From: Promethearchaeota archaeon
GTDB lineage: Archaea > Asgardarchaeota > Lokiarchaeia > Sigyniarchaeales > Promethearchaeaceae
Assembly: GCA_016933055.1 (NCBI GenBank)
Contig: JAFGBS010000034.1
Coordinates: 60,001 to 92,000, forward strand
Direction of reading: 5' to 3'
DNA: 32,000 nucleotides
Shown here piece after piece: positions 26,018 through 32,000 of this stretch. Under the pieces are notes generated by a model that was not told where the DNA came from, searched no databases, and saw only the letters and a program-made list of their open reading frames with translations. Position 1 is the first letter of the stretch. Each line of letters starts with the position of its first letter. The translations under genes were made by a program, and so were the position numbers.

Positions 26018-27175
26018 TTGAGTTTGAGTGATATTAATTTGGAATTCCTATCGATAGTTTCACGTATTATCGTTGCATTACCTTTTGTGTTTTTAATTTT
26101 CGGTACTATTAAATTAATGATCCGTAATCATCATTCCAAACGCTCACCTGATTTAGGTACTATTAATGAAAATCCCATAAACTTCATTCTCTTAATAGGT
26201 TGTTACACTTTTCTGCTGTTCATTTCCCAAATCAAGTTAACTTATCTATATGATGGAAGTCTGCGGCAAAATGTGAATATCTTAGTTGTTTCCATCTGCA
26301 TTGCATTAGGTATAACATTTTTGGTATCTCAAATTTTTAAACGAGTGAAATCCCTCCAAATACATTATCTACCTTTAATTGGAAATTCTCAAAAACCAGC
26401 TCTGAGTACTCAGAAGAAACAACTGTTAGATAGGTTACGAAAAGCCAACCATTTGATTGCATTTGCCATTGCATTGAGTGGTATCTTTATTGGAGTCTTA
26501 ACAGTATATGTGCTGGTTCGATATTACACAAATCACCCCGAATATGATTATTTTGTAGAAAAATTAATGAATTTTTGGAAACGCAATGATGACACAACAT
26601 TCTTAGAAAATATATTCAATCAAGAAATATTTGCGACCAGTCGAACAATTTGCGCGATCACTTTTGGAGGCTTGATGGTAGTACTTGCTACTATTGATTA
26701 TACTCGCTTATCTCAAAAATGGTTTTTTCCGTTTCAAGCTATAGTAAATAAACAATTGCATTGGGAGGAAAAAAAAGCAATTGGTTCATATGTATATCTA
26801 ACTGCGGGATTAGCAGTTTCTTCTGTATTGCTTTCAACTATGTTTTTCCTTGCAGTCACTTCTGTAGTTTCATTTGGAGATTCAGCGGCAAGTATCATCG
26901 GAATGAAATTCGGAAAACGCCCCTATAAGCATAACAATAAAACCATAGAGGGAACCATAGCAGGAGTAATCACTTCATGTTTATTAGTTTTTTTCCTAAT
27001 TGGGCCTTATTATGCCGTAGTAGCGGGAATCCTTTTTGGAGTTATTGACATTATATCTCCCAATCCCATCAAATTAAATGATAATCTAATCCTATCCTTG
27101 GTTTTGACGGGTGTTTTTATAGTTCTCTATTCTATAGGGATTCCATCAATTACGATCTTGGAATATTTTGTCTAA
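26018..27175 (+). CDS. CTP-dependent polyprenol/dolichol/phytol kinase family membrane protein
   Basis: RKANH motif and SFGDSAASIIGMKFGK...KTIEGTIAG and LNDNL signatures of the CTP_transf_1 kinase family; extra N-terminal TM segments. Confidence 0.75.
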   Translation: MSLSDINLEFLSIVSRIIVALPFVFLIFGTIKLMIRNHHSKRSPDLGTINENPINFILLIGCYTFLLFISQIKLTYLYDGSLRQNVNILVVSICIALGITFLVSQIFKRVKSLQIHYLPLIGNSQKPALSTQKKQLLDRLRKANHLIAFAIALSGIFIGVLTVYVLVRYYTNHPEYDYFVEKLMNFWKRNDDTTFLENIFNQEIFATSRTICAITFGGLMVVLATIDYTRLSQKWFFPFQAIVNKQLHWEEKKAIGSYVYLTAGLAVSSVLLSTMFFLAVTSVVSFGDSAASIIGMKFGKRPYKHNNKTIEGTIAGVITSCLLVFFLIGPYYAVVAGILFGVIDIISPNPIKLNDNLILSLVLTGVFIVLYSIGIPSITILEYFV

Positions 27176-27682
27176 AAGGGAATTAAAAGCCGAATCTACT
27201 GCATTTTGGAATTGCTCTTTATCAGAAAATAATCCTTGAATAACAGGTTCATGATCATGTTTTTCTGCCCATTGTTCGAAATATGTTTTCAGTTGGTCAG
27301 ATTGTTCGATGGTATCGGTCAAACGGGTCCCAAAGGTTACAGCAGGAGGTAAACCTTTGGGATATTTTTCTTTTATCTCTTTCAAAAATTTATCCAAATC
27401 TTCGAAAGTACGCTTAGTAACATCATTGGCATCATACGTCCAGATTATTCCATCTGCTTTATCGTAAAATGCGTTTCGCAGATCTTTAAACTCGGGATCA
27501 AACGATATAACCCATGCCAAAACTCGATAAGCGTTTCCATGTATGGTGACCATACGCTCGTAAAGTATGACAGGTTGCAGAGTGGGAAGATCTGCATCAG
27601 TATGCGCCCATGCTCTTCCGATTTGCCCCTTTCCTGTGTATCGAGAACCGACCAGTAAAATTTTAATGGAGTTGCCTTTCAT
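27146..27682 (-). CDS. Rab/Ras-like small GTPase-fold protein with degenerate G motifs
   Basis: KILLVGSRYTGKG (G1), PT (G2 Thr), LRNAFYDKADGIIWTYD typical of Rab beta4; G3 and G4 altered. Confidence 0.75.
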   Translation of the reverse strand: MKGNSIKILLVGSRYTGKGQIGRAWAHTDADLPTLQPVILYERMVTIHGNAYRVLAWVISFDPEFKDLRNAFYDKADGIIWTYDANDVTKRTFEDLDKFLKEIKEKYPKGLPPAVTFGTRLTDTIEQSDQLKTYFEQWAEKHDHEPVIQGLFSDKEQFQNAVDSAFNSLLDKIFQDRN

Positions 27683-27775
27683 TTAGATGTTTCATGCAAA
27701 TTCTGATAAAAATCTAGCTGAAAAAATACTATTAATTTTCCTTCCATTTAAGTACATAGAATAATTCACAAGAAT

Positions 27776-28885
27776 ATGTTCTCAGATTACAATGAAAAAT
27801 TAGCAAAATTAGTTGTTCATTATGCGGTGGGTGTCCAAAAAGGAGATAAAGTTGTTGTAATGGGATCGATCGATTCAGTAGACTTAACGCTTTCTATCTA
27901 TACAGAGATCATTAAAGCCGGGGGACATCTCCTAGTGATGAATAATGAAATCCCGAATAGCAATGAGATTTTTTTTAAATATGCTTCCGAAGAACAACTG
28001 AAATATGAAAATCCGATTGCACTTCAAATGATGAAAACATTAGATAAAGTGATTTCAATTTATAGTGCGACGAATCGAAAATCCCTTGCAAATGTAGATC
28101 CTCAAAAATTAACCCTTACAAGGAATGCAAACAAGGAGTTACAGAAAATTATGATGGAAAGGACTGCCAAAGGTGAAGTTAATTGGAATTTATGTCCTTA
28201 TCCGTCTCCAGCCTTTGCTCAAGAGGCTAACATGGGCACCTTTGAATATAAAGAATTTGTCTATAAAGCTCTTGCTTTGGATAAAGATGATACCGTCGGT
28301 TATTGGAAAAATGTGGAGAAACAACATGACGAGATTATCGCAATTTTAGAAAAAGGTAAGAAATACAGAGTTGTGGGGGAAGACACTGACATTTCCATGA
28401 ATATTGAAGGAAGAAAGTGGATGAATAGTTGTGGCCATCGAAATCTACCTGATGGAGAAGTTCATTCTTCACCTCATGAAGATTCGGTTAATGGTACAAT
28501 ACGTTTTACTTATCCAGGCATATTTTCAGGTAAAGAAATTGAAAATATTTGGTTAAAATTCAAAGATGGCAAAATTATCGATTACGATGCCACTAAAGGA
28601 AAAGATTTATTGGAAAAGGTATTAGAAAGTGAGAATGCGGACAGAATTGGTGAAATTGCTGTAGGGACAAACTATGGAATTACAAAATTCACTAAAAACA
28701 TGTTGTTTGATGAGAAAATGGGAGGGACCATACATTTCGCTCTCGGATCAGGATATCCTCAAACTGGGTCGAAAAACGTTTCAAATATACATTGGGATAT
28801 ACTGAAGGATATGAAAAGCAGTGAATCAGTGATATATTTGGATGACCGAGAAATTTATCGAGCTGGAAAATGGTTAATTCCTTAA
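27776..28885 (+). CDS. Aminopeptidase, family M29 (AmpS/aminopeptidase T-like)
   Basis: NLPDGEV, GEIAVGTN, LFDEKMGGTIHFALGSGY and NIHWD metal-binding motifs. Confidence 0.92.
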   Translation: MFSDYNEKLAKLVVHYAVGVQKGDKVVVMGSIDSVDLTLSIYTEIIKAGGHLLVMNNEIPNSNEIFFKYASEEQLKYENPIALQMMKTLDKVISIYSATNRKSLANVDPQKLTLTRNANKELQKIMMERTAKGEVNWNLCPYPSPAFAQEANMGTFEYKEFVYKALALDKDDTVGYWKNVEKQHDEIIAILEKGKKYRVVGEDTDISMNIEGRKWMNSCGHRNLPDGEVHSSPHEDSVNGTIRFTYPGIFSGKEIENIWLKFKDGKIIDYDATKGKDLLEKVLESENADRIGEIAVGTNYGITKFTKNMLFDEKMGGTIHFALGSGYPQTGSKNVSNIHWDILKDMKSSESVIYLDDREIYRAGKWLIP

Positions 28886-28892
28886 AAAATAT

Positions 28893-28905
28893 AATTTATT
28901 TTTTT
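28893..28905 (+). terminator. U-rich terminator after the M29 aminopeptidase gene
   Basis: aatttattttttt tract a few nucleotides after the stop codon. Confidence 0.4.
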
Positions 28906-29299
28906 ATACATATCAACTTCTTCATTCTCCTAGACCACATCCCAGAAAGTCCGTTTAAAGAAAATCCGATCATTGCGTATACTTAAGTCGAGGATTTGCT
29001 ATTTTACCAATAAATCGTAAGCAAATAGAGTTTGATAGGTCAAATAGACATTGCAAATCTCTATGAAGCATACAGAATCTAATTGAATTCGATCTGTGAA
29101 CACTATAACTATCAAGCGATCTATATTCTAATTCGATCCGATAACCCAGACTGATTGCAAAGGGGAATGCGTAATATTTTACCAGTAGATGCATTGATGT
29201 TAGTCTATGTCAATAGGGTTGTTCGCGTTGACATATATGGTGTTTTAATTATTCATTATTTGCCTTAGTCTTTTATTTTATAGAGTATGAGTACATGTC

Positions 29300-29716
29300 A
29301 TGGTTCTAAGACAAGAAGTTATTAATATAATTAAGCAAAGCAAAACTATTGCAGTTGTCGGGATGTCAACTAATCCTGAAAAAGATGCCCATCAAGTTCC
29401 AAAATACTTGAAGGAAGTTGGATATAAAATAATCCCTGTGAATCCTAATGCAGATGAAATTCTGGGGGAAAAATCCTATGCTTCCTTGGAGGAAATTCCA
29501 GTAAAGGTGGATATAGTGGATATTTTTCGACCTAGCGATGAAACCCCCTCCATAGTCGAATCTGCTGTAAAATTAAATCCCCAATTAATTTGGTTACAGC
29601 TTAGGATTTCTCATAAGCAATCCAAGAGAATAGCGGAGGATCATGGGATTCCAATCGTAATGGATAAATGTATGATGATAGAACATAAAAAAATTAAGGC
29701 GAGATCTCAAGCTTAG
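29300..29716 (+). CDS. CoA-binding domain protein (YccU-like)
   Basis: KTIAVVGMSTNPEK...YKIIPVNP...VDIVDIFRPS...IWLQL...VMDKC. Confidence 0.9.
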   Translation: MVLRQEVINIIKQSKTIAVVGMSTNPEKDAHQVPKYLKEVGYKIIPVNPNADEILGEKSYASLEEIPVKVDIVDIFRPSDETPSIVESAVKLNPQLIWLQLRISHKQSKRIAEDHGIPIVMDKCMMIEHKKIKARSQA

Positions 29717-30479
29717 TGCGCATTTCTGCCAGTTTTTTGCCATAGTTCAGTGCCGATACATTTTTTTGTCTAACCGGTTTATTATCTTTAAAGAATTCTT
29801 TAATGTAGGATTGCAATAATAGAAAATCCAGAATTTTTTCACTTATAGTCGACACATAACCTAACATGACGAAATTGAGGGACTTGCTTTCTTCAAGTTG
29901 TTCCAAAACTAAGGAATAAAAATTCAAATCATGAATTCTTTCATGTTTGCTAAATGAATTCAAATGGATTTCGGGTTGTTTTTGTGTATCAGTTAAATTT
30001 TTCTGGATTAGAATGGGTCTTCGGTCAAATTCATCAGGAATTTTCTCCATCAGGGACACTATTTTTGCAATTACCCATTCTGGTTTTGAATAAGGGGTTA
30101 CATTAATTGATTCTTCATCGTTGGTATTCTGAAACATCCCTTTCACACTACTTTTTGGTAGTACGGGTTCATTGTTTGTCACAATAATAGTGTGTTTGTG
30201 AACTACATGAAAATTACGTAGTAACTCTAATGGTTCCAAAGCAAGGACGATGTCAGCTGACATAGGCGGGATTTCTGGACTAAAAATATATTGAGGTTCG
30301 TGATTTGTTTGAATGCGGACTGTTGCTATCACAGATCCCTCTCGTTGAGATACTCCTCGACTTTCTGTTCCTAAAATAATGGCTTTTGGGTACTGATTTA
30401 AAAAATAGTTACGCAAAAAAGAACCGAGAAATACTCCTCCTTGTCCACCAAGACCGCAAATAAGTACATTTAAGTCCAT
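29694..30479 (-). CDS. iorB: Indolepyruvate:ferredoxin oxidoreductase beta subunit
   Basis: ICGLGGQG, ESRGVSQREGSV, ADIVLALEPLELLR, NFVMLG and KNVSALNYG; start overlaps the iorA stop (TAATG). Confidence 0.8.
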   Translation of the reverse strand: MDLNVLICGLGGQGGVFLGSFLRNYFLNQYPKAIILGTESRGVSQREGSVIATVRIQTNHEPQYIFSPEIPPMSADIVLALEPLELLRNFHVVHKHTIIVTNNEPVLPKSSVKGMFQNTNDEESINVTPYSKPEWVIAKIVSLMEKIPDEFDRRPILIQKNLTDTQKQPEIHLNSFSKHERIHDLNFYSLVLEQLEESKSLNFVMLGYVSTISEKILDFLLLQSYIKEFFKDNKPVRQKNVSALNYGKKLAEMRTKLEISP

Positions 30480-31999
30480 TATTTATCTCCTTTCTCCGGA
30501 TTGATGATAGTTTTTTCTATACAGTGATTCGGACATACATCAAGACAAGCTTGACAATATTCCCTCATGCATGAAGATTCATCAATATAATATACTAAAC
30601 GTCCATCCTTCCTAGTCAGTCTTATAGCCGTACATCCGAACTCTCGATAACACTTATGACACATAGGACAGGATTCGTTAATCTGAATGTATAATTCCTC
30701 TCCCCTTTTGGGTCCTCTAGGCTTATTCCATTTTATTTGAGCCTTTTTTTTTTCCACAAGTGCACATTCTGCATTTACTACAACAATTCGTGTTCCATGG
30801 TAATTTTGCGTGAATACGTTAGTGAATGTTTTTTTCATTTGGGGAATATCATATCCCCCTACTACATGTAATTGGGAGGTCCCTAGATTTCTTAAAAAAT
30901 CTTCAATACGCAATTGGGAGCCTTGAAAACCCGCATCCGGATGCTCTGTACCCGGGCAACCACTTAAACTGGGTTGATGCCCTGTCATAGCAACATAGTA
31001 ATTATTAAGAACTAGTAGGGTGATATTGAGATTTTGTTTTAGGGCATTTAGTAGGGGTTGAATTCCCGAATGGAAAAAAGTACTGTCTCCAATCAGCGCC
31101 ACTACATGTTGATTCTTGTTTTGATAGGTATCTAGAACCTTACCTACCCCATTGGCGATTCCAATACCCGCACCCATACAAATTAACCAATCCATAACTG
31201 ACCATGGAGGGGACATACCCAATGTGTAACACCCAATATCTCCACCAAAAATCAGATCTAAGCTGTGGTCCTTCTTGATTTGGTCTGCTACTTGACGTAA
31301 GGCATAAAAAACATTGCGGTGAGAGCATCCCGGACAAAATGTAGGTTCTCGCTGAGGTATTTGTCTTACTATTTGTTCTAATGTGTTTTGATAAGTATTA
31401 ACTGCCTTCAGAGTCCCTTTTTCGAAAACATTCCGTAGGACTATTTCAATATAACTGTGAGTTAGTTCACCTGGTAAATTTTCTGGCATGAATTTTTTAT
31501 GAAATTGCCAAATTCCCTTTACAGGGATTATTTTACCAGAGTCGTATAGAATTTTTTTTACCTCGGTCTCGATCATAGGTTCGAGTTCCTCAACCACAAG
31601 GATTTCTTTAGGCTTGGATTTCTTAACAAATTCTAATATAGATGCTGGCGAAATCGGATATACCATATTCAATTTAAGAAGGGACACTCCTTCATGTAAT
31701 TCTAATGTCTGCAATACATCTTTCAAAATTAAATAAGGATATCCCCCCGAAATTATTGCTAATCCACTATTGTTTGAAGATTTGACTAGTTCTACCGAAT
31801 CGTGGAGAATTGGTTGGTTTTGAAGGTCTTCTATTGCCAATTTTAATTTGTGTTTGTTCATCAAAGCAAAATGGCGTGCATTAACAAATTGCTCAAAATC
31901 CCGTTTAAAGGCGGGTGGATCCTGTTTAATCGGAATTTTCTCAGGAATTTTGTCTATATTAATAACTCCACTCATAAAACTAAGCTTTGGGGTGGTATA
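30479..31999 (-). CDS. iorA: Indolepyruvate:ferredoxin oxidoreductase alpha subunit (5'-partial, continues beyond the window)
   Basis: VVEELEP, REPTFCPGCSHR, GDIGCYTLG, TPP-binding IGDSTFFHSG...LNN..VAMTGHQP, C-terminal ferredoxin-like Cys clusters. The frame stays open upstream of Met 31975 (YTTPKLSF) to the window edge. Confidence 0.9.
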   Translation of the reverse strand, partial: YTTPKLSFMSGVINIDKIPEKIPIKQDPPAFKRDFEQFVNARHFALMNKHKLKLAIEDLQNQPILHDSVELVKSSNNSGLAIISGGYPYLILKDVLQTLELHEGVSLLKLNMVYPISPASILEFVKKSKPKEILVVEELEPMIETEVKKILYDSGKIIPVKGIWQFHKKFMPENLPGELTHSYIEIVLRNVFEKGTLKAVNTYQNTLEQIVRQIPQREPTFCPGCSHRNVFYALRQVADQIKKDHSLDLIFGGDIGCYTLGMSPPWSVMDWLICMGAGIGIANGVGKVLDTYQNKNQHVVALIGDSTFFHSGIQPLLNALKQNLNITLLVLNNYYVAMTGHQPSLSGCPGTEHPDAGFQGSQLRIEDFLRNLGTSQLHVVGGYDIPQMKKTFTNVFTQNYHGTRIVVVNAECALVEKKKAQIKWNKPRGPKRGEELYIQINESCPMCHKCYREFGCTAIRLTRKDGRLVYYIDESSCMREYCQACLDVCPNHCIEKTIINPEKGDK

Positions 32000-32000
32000 T

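Noticed and set aside
28970-29194. 74-aa minus-strand ORF in the gap after the aminopeptidase gene
   Set aside because: No motif, no SD and atypical composition. Reading through its TGA gives only four more codons, so it is not a selenoprotein candidate either.
1240-31337. Short or medium ORFs in the track nested in or antisense to long genes (e.g. 1240-1434, 1834-2331, 2383-2598, 5411-5620, 5701-5883, 6397-7141, 8816-9058, 9297-9479, 9640-9912, 16095-17495, 18260-19591, 21052-21237, 23916-24128, 25073-25255, 25681-25872, 31140-31337)
   Set aside because: They fully overlap genes with strong family motifs and have no motifs of their own; they are typical shadow ORFs.
31973-31975. Met 31975 as the true iorA start, implying a truncated IorA
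   Set aside because: The frame is open to the window edge and the N-terminal domain is missing, so the gene continues outside the window.
1-32000. CRISPR array, rRNA, transposase or defence island
   Set aside because: No regularly spaced repeats, no long GC-rich structured RNA, and no cas, DDE or integrase motifs were seen.

Overview
AT-rich, gene-dense archaeal window, most likely from an Asgard archaeon of the Lokiarchaeia/Promethearchaeota type. This assignment is an inference from a BHB-intron tRNA, a Rab-like GTPase fold, an MPN/ODR-4-like protein, an SCP2-like protein and the overall gene style. It holds about 29 CDS, mostly metabolic: a tungsten AOR with radical SAM maturase and MoaD, class I FBPase, glycerate 2-kinase, GDPD, SDRs, MaoC, a Rieske oxygenase, IorA/IorB, an M29 aminopeptidase, a C25 protease and MFS transporters. 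It also holds one intron-containing tRNA-Ser(CGA). I found no CRISPR array, rRNA, integrase or transposase. The most interesting signals are (1) a 438-aa protein whose N-terminus resembles the eukaryotic ODR-4 (non-catalytic MPN) family, (2) a Rab-like protein with eroded G3/G4 motifs, (3) an unannotated papain/C39-like Cys-His-Asp protease, (4) a small ORF missing from the ORF track, with a strong SD and set in mutually exclusive hairpins within a 780-bp intergenic region, and (5) an orphan O2-dependent Rieske oxygenase divergent from an O2-sensitive W-AOR operon. All family calls come from motif reading and recalled consensus sequences; no database search was run.
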